A stretch of DNA of 63,028 bases, counting the filler, from Atractiella rhizophila (taxonomy: Eukaryota), in the NCBI GenBank assembly GCA_021432655.1. It is 24 parts of 24 records of this genome, joined end to end, with 100 filler letters (N's around TTAATTAATTAA, not from the genome) between each part and the next. Parts side by side here need not be neighbours in the genome. Positions count along the whole stretch, not along the records: positions 1 to 2,568 come from MU272655.1; positions 2,669 to 5,234 come from MU272656.1; positions 5,335 to 7,898 come from MU272657.1; positions 7,999 to 10,562 come from MU272658.1; positions 10,663 to 13,220 come from MU272659.1; 19 more parts are not named here. One strand, written 5' to 3'. Shown in pieces: positions 1 through 12,795 of the stretch (its first letter is position 1; each line of letters begins with the position of its first letter). The notes beneath the pieces were generated by a model. That model saw only the letters and a list, made by a program, of their open reading frames with translations. It did not search any database and had not been told where the DNA came from. Both the position numbers and the translations under genes were made by a program.

Positions 1-355
1 TCATGATGAGTACTCTTTTGTGGCGAGAAGGCAATAGATACAGGCGATTTGTTTTAGCCTTGAACCCTACTTTGGCCTTCCAACATTTCTTTTTCTTTTT
101 TGGCATTTTGCAACTTTTGCTGAATTGTCACATCATCATCTGATTTGTGTATGTACTCGTCACATAAAAGTAATAGGTTAGCGTTCACGGATTATGAACC
201 TACCAAATTTATGCTCGTTGTATACAATCCTCGTCCGAAGCTTTTCCTCAATATTCCTGCTTGCTTGATCACTCACAAATGTCATTGCAGTCTTTCTAAC
301 CTGTGACGAGAAATCACAAATGCATAAAGCTGAAAGCACAATGGTGCGACAAGGT

Positions 356-830
356 CTAATTAAAGAGGTGGCTTTTACCGGTTCTATGCTGCAACATGAA
401 CTCTGTACTCCGAATGGTACTCATCATGAGTTTTCGCATCTGATGAGATCCTATCGGGACATTAAGAATTTTAATTGAGGACGAGCGAACAACGAACTCT
501 TTTTCTAACTCTGTCTTTGTTTCAATGTTGACGACCACACATCCATAGTTGATGGATAAACCTCCTTCTATTCTTCTTCCTAGGCTCTGCAGGCGTGCTT
601 CCCGGCCTCCGCCTGTAGCAGGTTGATTATGGCTCCCAAATCTTGAAATCACATTATTTCGTCGTCCGGCTCCACTTCCGCTTGAATGGCCTTCTTCCTG
701 CGAGTTTATGACAACAGCGACTTTCCGAAGATGGAGAACGATGCGAGATGCCATCATGGTCGTGAATATCAGGGACAGAGGTGTGTTGAGAACTGGGTTG
801 ATGACGTTAGGGACGCTGTTCCATTGAGAT
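356..830 (-). CDS. Last exon of a probable basidiomycete multi-pass membrane protein (DUF6533-like C-terminus); upstream exons unresolved
   Basis: Reads SVPNVINPVLNTPLSLIFTTMMASRIVLHLRK then a polar tail. The 'SR-I/L-x-L-x-LR' ending is typical of these fungal membrane proteins. Several GT..AG segments lie upstream on the minus strand. Confidence 0.4.
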
Positions 831-2568
831 TATCGGTTAAGAAGACAGGGAGCAGTGTGCGGCAGAGATACAGGAACTCATACTCATGGTTTCAGCCGCA
901 TTTTAGACTCCTGTGGATCTACTGGCGGGCTACTGGCGGGCAAACTGTGACTGTTGTAGAATGTCGTTCATGAGGCTAAGCGAAGGGTGCTAGGCGGAAG
1001 TAACGAACAGTGCTGGATCCCAACATCTTGGGCACCATGATCTGACAAGGAAGGAAACCTAAACTACCTGTCTGGCGTTGTCGGTGACCAGCCGCCCCGA
1101 CGCTGCCGGCGGAGGGAACTAGGCGGTATTGGCGAGTGATCAGGTGAACTGGGATCCCTACACCTTGGATGACGGGTGTGTTCGCAGCCTTGCGTACGAT
1201 CGCAAGCAGATGAGTGCGTCTTGCTTGCTCTTCTCGCAAACGCTGAACCTGCTGCTCCAAAACGACCACTAGGCACAGTTTCAGATAAATCATGAAAGAA
1301 AGATCGACATACCTCGTCGTGCTGAGTCGTCACTGAATAGATTGTGGTTCAACTTGCAAAGTATTAGAATTACCCGAAGTCTACTAAAACGTCAAGAAAC
1401 GTACAGGGCCTTGTGCTCTTTGGTGAGACTCCTCGTAGACAGCACGCCTGCAGCGTCTGCTCAGGCTCAAAAACTTGCCGTAAAATCGCCTCACTCACAT
1501 CGAACAGGTGTGGCGCGGTAGTTTCTACAAATTGATCAGTCTTTATCACGGCTACTACAAGTAAGTATTTTTTTACCCTATCACACCGAATCTTTCTGTT
1601 GGGGTATGGCTGGAAAATTTCTTGGTCATCATTCCAAAATTTACCAATCAGAATCATACCACGCAACTGTCGATAACGGTTCAGTTTCGTAGCCGTATTA
1701 AGGGAGAAGACCAACCTCGATTTAGCTCTTCTTCGCCTTGTAGGTGACATTTCCGAGTGTTAAGCACTCCTGCGTTGGATCGAGGGATAGAAATACTGGT
1801 CAAGCCAAGGAGAGGAGAAATATGTGAGAACTCTGTGACAGTTGCCTTTTTATACTCGTTCACGGTGAGTCGTCTCAATGTTTCAACTTTGGTGAAAGAC
1901 AGGACGGACGTCGTCAGCGATCGCACGCGCATGCGTTCAATTTGTTCGCAAAGTTTTCCCGAATGCTCAAATAAGAGTCTGCCTTGAAGAAGTCAACATA
2001 GCCCCGATGGTGATGACAATAGACAATACATGTTTCCGAATTTGAATGGATGACTTGGAAGGGTGATGAGCCTCATTGATCGGTGATAATGCCTAGCATT
2101 ACCGGCCGACGAACCCTTGAATATTCCACGCCTCTTGACCCTCCGATTCTGGATGACTGCATATTAAAAAAATAGACCCTTCCCCCACCTGGTTCTGCAC
2201 TTGCTTTCATCTCCGAAGCTACAACAGGAACGTAGTATTGTAACTAAACCTCAAGCTCGTTTCAACGAACCAAAGAAATAAAAATTCCGTCTACTGCACA
2301 TCAGTTCAGTGCGCACGGCTTATACAAGGTAGAGAATAGCTGTGCAGGGCGAAGTCAAGGTAGATTGCAAGCTCTACACTCTGAAGCAAAACTGAAGAAG
2401 TGACGATCAGCACAAGGAACAAAAGCGGCCCGGACGGGAGAGTGGGCGAAATGCCTGCGTGACAAGAATTCTGTAGGGATGGACATCGAACCCGAAGCGT
2501 ACTTACGCCGCCGATTCCGATGCAAGAACGAAGCCGATCGAAGCTTCGCGTTCTCTTCGGTTTACGAT

Positions 2569-2668
2569 NNNNNNNNNNNNNNNNNNNNNNNNNNNNNNNN
2601 NNNNNNNNNNNNTTAATTAATTAANNNNNNNNNNNNNNNNNNNNNNNNNNNNNNNNNNNNNNNNNNNN
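2569..2668. other. Artificial 100-bp contig linker (44 N + TTAATTAATTAA + 44 N); first of 23
   Basis: Identical spacer giving stops in all six frames, starting at 2569, 5235, 7899, 10563, 13221, 15878, 18531, 21179, 23826, 26473, 29113, 31750, 34382, 37013, 39641, 42265, 44885, 47492, 50088, 52681, 55273, 57863, 60447. Intervening segments never increase in length. Confidence 0.99.
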
Positions 2669-3534
2669 TTTCCTACAGTTTTAGGTGATGACGACAGCGT
2701 GCGAAGTTCTCGCAAACATTACAATCACAGCTCATCTTGAAATTGTTTCATGTTAGTGCAATTATTCCAACAAGGTCGAGTGAAAAAGATCCGATCAGGC
2801 GTTACTAACCTGGGAGTCGTATAATTCAATCCGGAAAGCTTGAAAATGATATGGCTTCACGGCATACCACAAAAATCAATCGCGTCATGCTTTTCATCAG
2901 CAATATTCGCCAAAATAAGTGGAAGGCTGAATAGTCCATATTCTGCCCAGACGCTGCCACAAAGGAGAATATTAGAACTACACAAGCGGGATGAGAACGT
3001 CTCCTCAGGCGAAAGATCATCATAAAGATCACAACACCATTCTGCTGACTGATAGCAGGTCGTTGCTTTACGGGCAATAGTGTTCCCGTCACCATGTCGC
3101 GATACTCCACAAGATCTCAGGGATGTCAAAATTCCTAATTATGAATTCTGGATGCCAAATAAGCTACAATACTGTTTATCGGTGAAGGAGAAAGGCAATG
3201 GAATGACGGCGAACACCGCTCGAAAACGCGTACTAGTAGACATAACCCCCGCATCATACTCTCGAAAAGCAGGCGACGGTAGGTCCCAGGCTTGAAACAT
3301 AGGGAATCGATGTAACCAAAGCATTCTCTAGCATTGAAAATTATGAGGCGAGAGACGCGGGAGCATTTCAATTGTTGTGGTACTCGGATGAGCATTGCAA
3401 TGTTTGCTAATACATTGTGGATATAAAAGAAATTGAATGATAGGAGAAGGGAGGGAGATTACTAAGTCGGGATTATCAGTACCTCAACCGACGCCATTAA
3501 TAAATGTCAACGGAAGAGCATCAACTTTTGGCGC

Positions 3535-5234
3535 TTAGAATCCGGGAGCAGTGTCGTCAAGATCTCCGACTATTTGTCGCTTAGTGAATAGACCAGTTGG
3601 GTCGTAGATCTTCTTGATGGAAAGCAGGCGGGTGTACGCATCCTCATAGTAAGCCTCATGCCAGTTGTCCAACCTGGGATCCTAAAATAGCACACCATTT
3701 CAGACAGGACACAAGGAATGTGAGGGAGAGATCGCACAATGTAGTTGGGGTAGGCTCCGAAGTCAGCACCGGGCATGTTGTCAAGGAACTGTTGCTTCAT
3801 TCCATTGACGAAGTCGTATCCTTGTTGAGGGTAGGGAAGCTGAGTCCTATCCTTGGCGGAGGCGTAAAATTGCCAGGTCCAGAGGGTGTCACGATGAGCG
3901 AAGGCGGTCGCATCCTGAGGGATGGTGTTAAAGAACGAGTTCTTGCCACCGTACAACTCCATCTATAAGTTGGGAAATTAGCGCAGTGGAAATAGAGGGA
4001 TGTGGCAAGCTTGCCTGAGCGAACCAATCAATCTCGTCCTGGGGAGAGTTGACGATGAAGTTATAGTAAGCGGAAGAAGCGGCTTCGTTGATGGGGTAGT
4101 CTTCAGGGTTCATCAAGCTAGCTGTGAGGGGAGGTCAACTAGAGCTCTGAAGGAAAACAAAGGAACACTTATTCGTAGAAGTTATCGGTGGGATGGGGGA
4201 AGGTAGAGGTGTTGAGGGAAGGTTGTCCACCGATCTTGGTGAGTCCGTCTATTTCGTACAAATGAGGACTCTGTCTGAACTGAGAGCAGGCACTCACCAA
4301 TCCAGTTGTAGCTCTGGTAGAGGATGACTTCGTCAGGCTCGCCAATGACAGCGTAGAGTTTGGCAGCCTCAGCATCGGCGGAAGCCTGGTCACCAATCCA
4401 CATAGCCTCGATTTGGAGAGTGACAGGGAATCCTTTGCCCTCGTTCCTGATGTTGAACCTGGTTCCCCAATTCGAAGGCGTGTCGTTGAGCGAGAAATCC
4501 TACAATCGTCATGAGACAATAAAATGAATGCTGCCATTCGACCAACCTGGTATCCGAGGAAAATCTTGTTCCAAGCATCGACGTCTCTTGGGTACCAGTT
4601 CAAAAGTTGGTAGACAATGTTGGCCGGAGCGACCTCAGTTTGGAGGGTCCATTCGACGACAAGCTATTCGAAGATGTTTCAGTTGAGTGGCAAGAAACAA
4701 TCTAAATGAAACTTACACCGTATCCTCCTCCTCCACCACGAAGAGCCCAGAAAAGGTCAGAGTTGGTGTGGGCGTTGGCAGTAACGAGCTTTCCGTTGGC
4801 GAGAACGACCTTGGCTCCGATAGTGTGGTCCAAAGCAAGACCCCATTCACGAGTGTCAAGACCCTGTTCCCTGAGAATTAATACCACTTCGACCGTTTGC
4901 GAAAATGGGTACTGACGTATCCACCTCCTTGAAGATGACCACCAGTGCCGACCGTAGGACAGACACCGTGGGGAAGAGCTAAAAATGTCATCAGAAAGCG
5001 AGTAATGAACACACACAAAGCAAGAGACAAACCTCGTCCCTTGTTGCCAATTTGGAGAGCCATGTCACCCAACCGGGTTCCGGCCTGGACGACAGCTACA
5101 CCAGAGGTGGTGTCGACGCTGACGGAGTTGAGGAGCTGGATGTCAACGACGAGGGAGCCATTCCTGTTTCCAAGAGCGGCAGCCTCATACGAGTGTCCTC
5201 CTCCGCGAGGAGAGACGTGAATGCCGGCAGCAGA
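3535..5234 (-). CDS. FAD-linked oxidoreductase, berberine-bridge-enzyme-like / CAZy AA7 (5' truncated, multi-exon)
   Basis: Spliced translation contains RGGGHSYE, ALPHGVCPTVGTGGHLQGGG, GLALDH...VVLANG, SDLFWALRGGG, ATAFAHR and the BBE tail GAYPNYIDP...AYY...RLLSIKKIYDP. Stop TAA at 3535-3537. Confidence 0.93.
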
Positions 5235-5479
5235 NNNNNNNNNNNNNNNNNNNNNNNNNNNNNNNNNNNNNNNNNNNNTTAATTAATTAANNNNNNNNNN
5301 NNNNNNNNNNNNNNNNNNNNNNNNNNNNNNNNNNGTTAAAGTCGATAATGCGGGTGTTGGAGAAAAGTATCTTTTCCGCTTGTTAATAGTTCACATGAGA
5401 GCTAAGGTTCATTTCGTAGCTACATAGACCACATTGGTTCAGTTTTACATCCTACCATGCCGCAACTAAACCTCACTAG

Positions 5480-6620
5480 GTGTTTTTCTATTTTATTGTG
5501 CACCTCCAAACGATACACACCTTCTGCATCCGGTCGACCCGGATTCTATGGGTATCGAAACTAGTGAGTCTGTGATCGATATCCCGGAATGTCTGAACGG
5601 CTGACAACACGACAGGTGCAAAGATTACTATGACGCTGGAAGATGTAAAGGGCACATCTCCCACGTTCCAGCAGCACTGGAAAAAATGTTTTGCAGATTA
5701 CCCAGATAAAGCTCAGGCCTGGATTGGCTTTGCAACAGTGAGCTGGCCATTCTCATTGTGCTAAATATAACATGGGTGGCAAAAGAACTGCCTGGGAGAT
5801 CCAACCGCATTAGGCGAGGGTCCATTTTCACCTCTGGTAAGGGATCTTAGTAAGAGGTGACACTTGCTAAGGTGAAACAAAAGGCGGATGGGTGAATCAT
5901 CACGCTGGAAGAGGTAAGGTGACACTGATCCTTGAGAAGTACTCAGGATGCCACTACTAGGCTCCATCCACATATCAGACTTGTCACCAGACTCTGCCCC
6001 CAACTTCAAGGCCGCCTTCACTTCCGAAGAACAAATAATTGATACGCTTGTCTGGATCTACAAAAAGTGGAGAACGGTCAATAGGCAACTATCTTTCTAC
6101 CGCGGAGAGCCAGCAGCGGCACATCCCAAATTCAGCAACACCTCTCCTGCTGCAACTCAAGACTATGCAGAAGTTCCCGCAGAAAATCATACAGTTGTCT
6201 ACTTAGAAGAAGACGAAGTGGCTCTGCAAGAATTTGTGGTGGAGAAGATGGCGTCTGTCCTGTGAGCTCCAAGACTATTCTTGAGAAGGCTACTCAATGG
6301 CTATAACCTTTGCAGATACCCCTGCTGGCACCTGTGCTATGGGTAGCGCTCTAGACAGTGACCTAAACGTTGTCGGTGTCAAGAATTTGAAGGTCACAGA
6401 TTTGTCTGTCATACCTTCTCACATTGGAGGTGGGTCTCTGAGTGAGCGCTATGCGTCACAGGCTGAAAAGCGCTTCCAGGAAATCCTTATGCGGTCGCTT
6501 GCATGGTAGGAGAAAAAGCGGCAAGTATTGTTGCAAAAGGTAAGTCGTTATTTGCAACAAGAAGGCCGTGAGCTTACGACTTTGCCTGGGAATATAGAGT
6601 TTGACTTGAAAATTGATTAG
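5480..6620 (+). pseudogene. GMC oxidoreductase (AA3, alcohol-oxidase-like) C-terminal half, apparently frameshifted
   Basis: GSIHISD..P.SAPNF, LVWIYKKWR..YRGE..AHPKF, AGTCAMG..LDSDLNVVGVKNLKVTDLSVIP, GNPYAVACMVGEKAA, stop 6618-6620. Keeping the exons in phase needs 1-bp indels near 5825-5828 and 6319-6322. Confidence 0.75.
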
Positions 6621-7320
6621 AACCACAACTGAAAATTATTTTGCAACAGATTCCAATTTTGTGAAAAAAGGTAGCCTATAGTATGGAGGTTTGCTGGGCT
6701 ATGGGGAATTTTCCGCGACGCCCGCCGTCGCGGCCATGATCATGGCTAGCTTTCTGCTGCGCATTCCAATCTGTGCAAAGTGGTGAAAGTGTTGAAAAGT
6801 TGGCGAAAGATTTGTGACAACAATACTCACTGAAAGCTTTTAATTAAGTTACATGGTTGTGGTCTGCTGCTAGCTTCACAGGCTAACCGCCATTTCATCA
6901 GCACCGTGTGGAATATAATATTTTGCCAATCCCACAATGTTCCAGCCTCAAACTCATATTTTTTTGCAGTCAGTGTCTACAACTTTAGAAAAGAGAGGAG
7001 AGGGAACTAATAGTCAATTTGTCTCCGGAGTAGCTTGATCTGGTAGAATGAATCAAGCTCCACTTCATCCTGTGAAGGTGCTTCTGTGTCAGTGCATGAA
7101 TGGTGCAATAAATGCAAACATTGCTATTCAAGCATTCTTACAACTCTCTCTCCTGCACTCCCGCAAACCGCTTCACATCCAACAAGTCCAGTCAGCACAT
7201 CTTTCGGACTTGCTCCCTTCCTGCTCTCCTCCATTCTCCAAACATCAACATTCATACCCTCCTCTCCTTCCCCGCCGCTCCATCTGCACATCTGCACCTT
7301 GCAATGAGAATTGGTTTGGA

Positions 7321-7458
7321 CTAAAGTGTCCCCAATCATACAAATGTGAGCATGATGCAATAGATGATAAAGTGATTTCATTACAAAGCATACAAACATA
7401 CCTAAAGTGTCTCCAATCATACAAACGTGAGCACGATGAAATAGATGATAAAGTGATT
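7321..7458. repeat. 57-bp direct duplication (7321-7377, 7402-7458), 81-bp period
   Basis: CTAAAGTGTCyCCAATCATACAAAyGTGAGCAyGATGmAATAGATGATAAAGTGATT occurs twice with 4 mismatches. Confidence 0.9.
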
Positions 7459-7998
7459 GGGGAAAACGGAAGAGACTTTGCAGGTGTTCCTTTATAGTAC
7501 CGGTCGTGCCACATGTTTGTCTCTGCTTCGGAACGCACGGCAAACACGGCAAACACTGATCACCTCCCGTTGTTTTCATAACCCATTTCCAACACTTGCC
7601 ATCACCTGTGGCAATGTTCGGACCCTGGAGGCAGCGCAGCCACGATTCTTCAGTCGGCCACTGTGTGTCGATGATTGTCAACATGATTATAGTTCTCGTG
7701 AAATGCTTGGTGGTCTATCGGCACCGAATTTTGCCGTAAGTTTCCCCATAGCCCAGCATACTGTAGCCTGAATAGATCCCCTTCGCGTGTCAATGCATCT
7801 ACCATCAGAACCGAACAAACGTGTTTGTTGAGCTTGAGCCAAAAATCCTCATGTGTCAACAGCGGAGCGGCAGTACGGTCCATTTAGTTCTATCATAGNN
7901 NNNNNNNNNNNNNNNNNNNNNNNNNNNNNNNNNNNNNNNNNNTTAATTAATTAANNNNNNNNNNNNNNNNNNNNNNNNNNNNNNNNNNNNNNNNNNNN

Positions 7999-8765
7999 TC
8001 CGGTCGTGGAAAGTATCCAGAGGCTGACTGTGAAGCCGCATGTTGTCGAAGATTCTGCAAAGAGTCGCTACCTCGCATTCCCCTCAAATCTCGATGACTC
8101 GAAGAGGCAGGAGGAGGCGACTCTCGCCTGTAAGTATCGAAGGGAGGACGTCGAGGACTTTGTCGAAACTGTCCAAGGTCATGTGCGGACTGATTTTGTA
8201 CATGTCCCTCCAAACCGTAGAAGCTGGAAGGACGAGGGGGATCTTGTTGCGAGATTGAGCTGGACCGATGGGGATCTGCAGAAACGTCCGGACGTTGGTA
8301 AGGAGGTTGGAGCGGGGTGGAACCGATGCCTGGGGAGGCATTCATGAGGGACGCTAGCGTAGGACCTCCAGGCGGTTGTTGTCGTGGCGGTCTTGTCTGA
8401 GTTAGCTCCTCCTCCTCCCTTCTTGGCTCTTGCCCCATACCTCCATTCATGGTCCCATTTCCCAAGAAAGTTGATTGCCTCGACGGTTCATGTACCTGAT
8501 CATGCTGTCTCGAGTAAAACTCTTCCTCTCCTCCCTGGCCGTAGTAGGAGTCTCGCGGTGATGGCTCATATTCTACAGGTCTAGGAGGTCTTGAAAGGTA
8601 GCTTATGCGCCCATTCGCAACCCCGTTCCCATTCCATTCACCAGGCTCCCCTTCTCGAGCTGGACGCTCACCATACAACTGGTCATCTCCTGGCAACACT
8701 TCCCTCCCTTTCCCTTTCCCTTTCCCTTCCCGAGCTACTAGAACGTCGCTGCCGTTGGTAGCCAT
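7999..8765 (-). CDS. N-terminal low-complexity (Pro/Gln/Gly/Glu-rich) region of an unknown protein, 3' truncated
   Basis: Uninterrupted ORF of more than 250 codons from ATG 8765 to the gap; composition typical of a disordered region. Confidence 0.7.
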
Positions 8766-9385
8766 TGTGAATCCGTTGCTTCGTACTGCCCTAATGAGAG
8801 GAGCTAGAGGCGGCTATTATAAAGTAGGTTGGGGGACTTGGTCGTATTTTTGTCACTCTGGCGCAAGACGCGACATGTCAATTGATGGTTGTAATTTGTT
8901 GGTCAATCTGCAGTCAAATTTGCACGTTCCAACCTGTTCTGATCTTTTATTTGTCGCTAGTAAGGGAATTAGGTTCTTAGGAGTTACAATAAAGCTCAAG
9001 GGAGAACACCAAGAACACAGAATCAAGGAATTCATCCATGTTCAAGGGTTTCGGGACCGTCCGGGATTAGCAATTGCCTAATCTCTTGTTTAACGACAGC
9101 AAAACTTGCACATAGAAGGAGAATGTAGATGAAGTAGTTGTGGATGAAGAAGGCAGAACGTGCTATAAAATAATAGAAACATCTTGACCCAACGCATGGG
9201 GAAACTGTTGGATTTTGGGTTCGGTTGAGGGTAAAGTGGCTGTGATATGGAAGAAGAGGGAGAGAGACTGAGGTATCGCCAGCGGAGGAGTGAATGAAGA
9301 GACATAGAGATGTGGATGATGCTGTCTATAACGGATTCTTATGAGCGCTCTTCCCCTTCGTGCCGACCACGGCGGATGGCCACTT

Positions 9386-9768
9386 TCATTTCGACTCGGC
9401 GTCTAACTTCAAAAGCAGCTTCTCGAGGTCAAAAGCTGGGTTATCAGGGTCGGTAATGACTAGTTCATCCAACACTCAGCATCCATCCCATTATATGTGT
9501 TGGAGGAAAAGCTTACCACCAGAAGTAGCTGCCGATTTTCTCCTCTGCCACTCCAACTGCGCCTCGTGAACCCAGCGGTCATGCTTCCTCTCTTCATTCA
9601 GCTTATCCTTCAAGTTCTTTTGCTTCTGTAACGTCCGCTGGTGCACAATTCCATACCCAATACCACCAAGGAGCGCCGAATACCGCACAACCTGATTGGG
9701 GAGGAGAATTAGCTTTGAAACGCCTAGTCATGGTGAGCAGCACGAACGTTTATAACTGGAGAAACCAT
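9386..9768 (-). CDS. ATP21: Mitochondrial ATP synthase subunit e (3 exons)
   Basis: Spliced MVSPVIN/VVRYSALLGGIGYGIVHQRTL...EAQLEW...G/VITDPDNPAFDLEKLL. Introns 9747-9692 and 9516-9460 are GT-AG. Confidence 0.92.
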
Positions 9769-10116
9769 GATGGAGCCAATCCTCAAGCTCTGCGGCCTGA
9801 CGTACACTCAAAGTAAATTGTCGAAGGACTAAGAAATATCGTTGCCAGCTCACAAAGACCCCTTGAGGGCTTTCTTCCCGTCGGACTCAGTCTTCCGAAA
9901 TAGGAAGGCACCTACGAAGAACGTTTGCGCGAACCTAAATCAACCACACGACGGTGAAGGTCTGGCAGGAAGCAAGCAGGGGTTCAGCATCAACAAGTAG
10001 AGGCAAGAAGGATTGGAATTCATCACATAGACAGTGCAGGCACCCACCCGCCGACGATTTCCGCTCTTTTACCCATTCCACTCTTTTTCACCGTACACAC
10101 CACTCTTTCCATCGGC

Positions 10117-10562
10117 ATGAAATTTCCCTTTTCTACTCGAACGTCCTTTGGTTTCAGGATTTTGCCCACCCTCTTCCTGATGGCTAGGGCACAAAATCTG
10201 ATTCAGAATGGGGGCTTTGAAGCTTCAACAACCTCTATGGCTCCGTGGACAGTGTCATCTGACAATTTCAGTGCGTGTTACCTCGCTTGAGTCAACAGAC
10301 CCCGGAAAACTCACAACATGTGTTTGATGCGATAGATTTAGGACCTTCGGCTTTCCCTCAGGAGGGTTCTAACGACATCTCGATCTACGGGAATGCCACT
10401 TTATCGCAAAGGACGCAAGCGAGCAAAGGCACAAAGTAGTGCGTCGAGCTCGAGCTTTGATCTGACCCTCTGAGCTTCTCTGAATGAATGGATTAGTGAG
10501 ATTTCATTTTGGGCCTTCGTGGTGGATACCCAACCGCAGACCATGCTGGCTACCTTTGGATC
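10117..10562 (+). CDS. Probable secreted protein with CBM4/9-like beta-sandwich start (3' truncated, multi-exon)
   Basis: Signal-like N-terminus, then AQNLIQNGGFE...PW, ATLSQ...GTKY/EISFWA. Confidence 0.55.
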
Positions 10563-10662
10563 NNNNNNNNNNNNNNNNNNNNNNNNNNNNNNNNNNNNNN
10601 NNNNNNTTAATTAATTAANNNNNNNNNNNNNNNNNNNNNNNNNNNNNNNNNNNNNNNNNNNN

Positions 10663-12795
10663 ATCAAGCCACCTGAAGAGGCCTTACTCTCCGCGGAAGA
10701 GCAACGCCACGAAGTAAGTCGCCTTCTCTTCAACACTCCCCATAATCAATCAATCAAAGTTCGACTATTGGCTCGACAGCGTTGGACGAGCCGCCACGAA
10801 CCTGGAAAATCTTCTCACCCAAATCAGAAATAGTCCCGACACGTCGCAATATCGCCTTCAAGGATATTTTGCAAATCCAAAGCTTGGGATGGAGAAAGTG
10901 ATTCGGAAGATATACGGAAAAGATCGAGCATCCGACATTATCAATGCGATGGAAGAGAATCCGTGGTCCGCAGGATCGCTCGTTTTGTCCCGTTTGAGGC
11001 AAAAGGAGGAAGAATGGAAGATTTCCCAATCTGAATGGGCGTCCATCTGGGCAGAAACTGAAAGGGATAACTACTGGAAAGCCCTCGACGTTCAAGGCAC
11101 TAGTTTTAAGGCTGCAGACAAGAAACGATTTTCACAAAATCGATTTGTTTCAGAGATCGAATCTAAAAGAAAGGCCCAAATCGCCAGGATCAACGGATTG
11201 GGTGAAGTTGAAAAAACTTTCTTTCAGTTTAAAGTAGAGCTGGACGACAAAGAGGTGTTTTTTGACATGCTCAAGCTCATACTTTCTTTTTTGGACCATA
11301 CCAACTCGAACAAGAAAGCAGATCTGGAGGATTTGCTCAAGACTGCGATTTCCCTCGTCTTCGGTATTCCAATCGACGAGCTAAGCTCAAGGCTGGCACC
11401 AATTCCTCCTGTCGAAGAGTCGTACTCCACTATCGGTGCTGAAGCCACTCTTCCGTCCGGGTCAGCCACCCCTAACAATGGGGCCAAACGAACGCCATTC
11501 AAGAAAGGCGCAAATCCTGATCTCAGAAAGCGCGCCATCAAGAACGCTGGTGGTTCCGTGAGGAAGCGAGGTCGTGGGGGCAGTTTGGCCAGCTCTCGCT
11601 CACCTAGCGTCTCTCGCGCGGCTTCACCAGCACTTACGGAAGGAGACGTGACCACCGCGGAAACGGAAGCGCCAGGTTTGACAAATAACACGGCTGACCT
11701 CCACGCGCAGATGCCAGTGGAGTCTGGAGCTCCAAACGAGGGAGAGCCAGCGAAATTTGAGTGGGGTAGCATTTTCAAGGGCAGACGCCTGAACTTCTTC
11801 GCTAACTCCTCTTATTTTTGCTTCTTTTATGCCTTCTCGGTATTGGCCCCTTTGTTGCACACGCGTTCTTTACTAATAGTCATCGTTTAGATAATGTACG
11901 ACCGACTCTTTCAGTTCAAGACCATTGCTCAAAACTCTCAACCCGAAAACTACGACAGATTTCTGGAGAGCTGCGAAAGTCGTTTCGAAAATGAATTGTC
12001 CCTTAACGATTTTGAAGATCTTTTGAAGGAGGTTATTGGTCCACAAGGGTATTTGATGTTTCACCTGGAACGCAATCTGAACTTCCTGCTAAAAATGGTG
12101 TGGTCTTTGATCCTCGAGCTTGCCACTCTTCTGACACCACTAAACCAAAGCTCGAACAAGGCCTTAGTGACCCTTCCTGTCTGGCGGTGTTGGAGTTGCT
12201 GCGGCGAGATCGTTCTCGTCAAGACCGAGCTTCGACTGCTTCCCAGCTAGAATACAAGCAAGATGTTCTTCGAGAGCTAGGAGGCACCTCTGATCTGTAC
12301 AGGATTGAGTGGGTACGTATTTACTAAATACTGATTCCCGCTCACGATTTGGCAGGTTCCGGGACATCAGTCGATTTTCTTTTATCTCTATGGGAAGGAT
12401 GAACTCAACGTCCAAGACCTGACGCAGCAAGAAGAGGCATGGAAAAGCTACATTGCTGATTATGCAGTCAACAATCCGACAAAAGGTGTGAAATGGCACG
12501 TCTCAGCCAAGTATCTTCTCAGGAGGTATGCATCCATCCATTGACTGTGAGGCTTGTTTGATGAACGGACAGGAATCTCAAACATGGCAATGTTGGTGCA
12601 ATGTTTTCATGCGCAACCAATATGGAACATCGAATTTCAGTGTCTACCTTTGCTATGTCGCTCGTGCCAGGAACGGAGGACAGTTGGGTCGTTCTACGAC
12701 AATCAAAAAAGACAGATGAGGAAGATTTGAAAGTCGCCAGATATGCCAAGTTTCTTCAGTGGGCGGAGCGAAAGGTACAGACAAGTTTGTCATAA
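10663..12795 (+). CDS. SIN3: Sin3 co-repressor family protein: end of HDAC-interaction region plus Sin3a_C domain (5' truncated)
   Basis: EEAL..AEEQRHE, VIRKIYG..NP...VLSRLRQKEEEW, NYWKALDVQGTSFKAADKK, FFANSSYFCFF, MYDRL, FED....G.QGYLMF, LYRIEW, VPGTED. Confidence 0.88.

Noticed and set aside
2484..2568. Cloverleaf-like self-complementarity with GGGTTCGAT on the minus strand (tRNA?)
   Set aside because: The T-stem does not pair and there is no D or anticodon arm; it overlaps a GTAAGT donor of a probable coding gene.
2613..2624. Regularly recurring TTAATTAATTAA every ~2.6 kb (repeat- or array-like)
   Set aside because: Embedded in N runs of fixed length; a synthetic six-frame-stop linker, not biology.
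11224..11778. Long antisense ORFs over Sin3, vWA, DUF4246 and other genes
   Set aside because: Shadow frames of real coding sequence.
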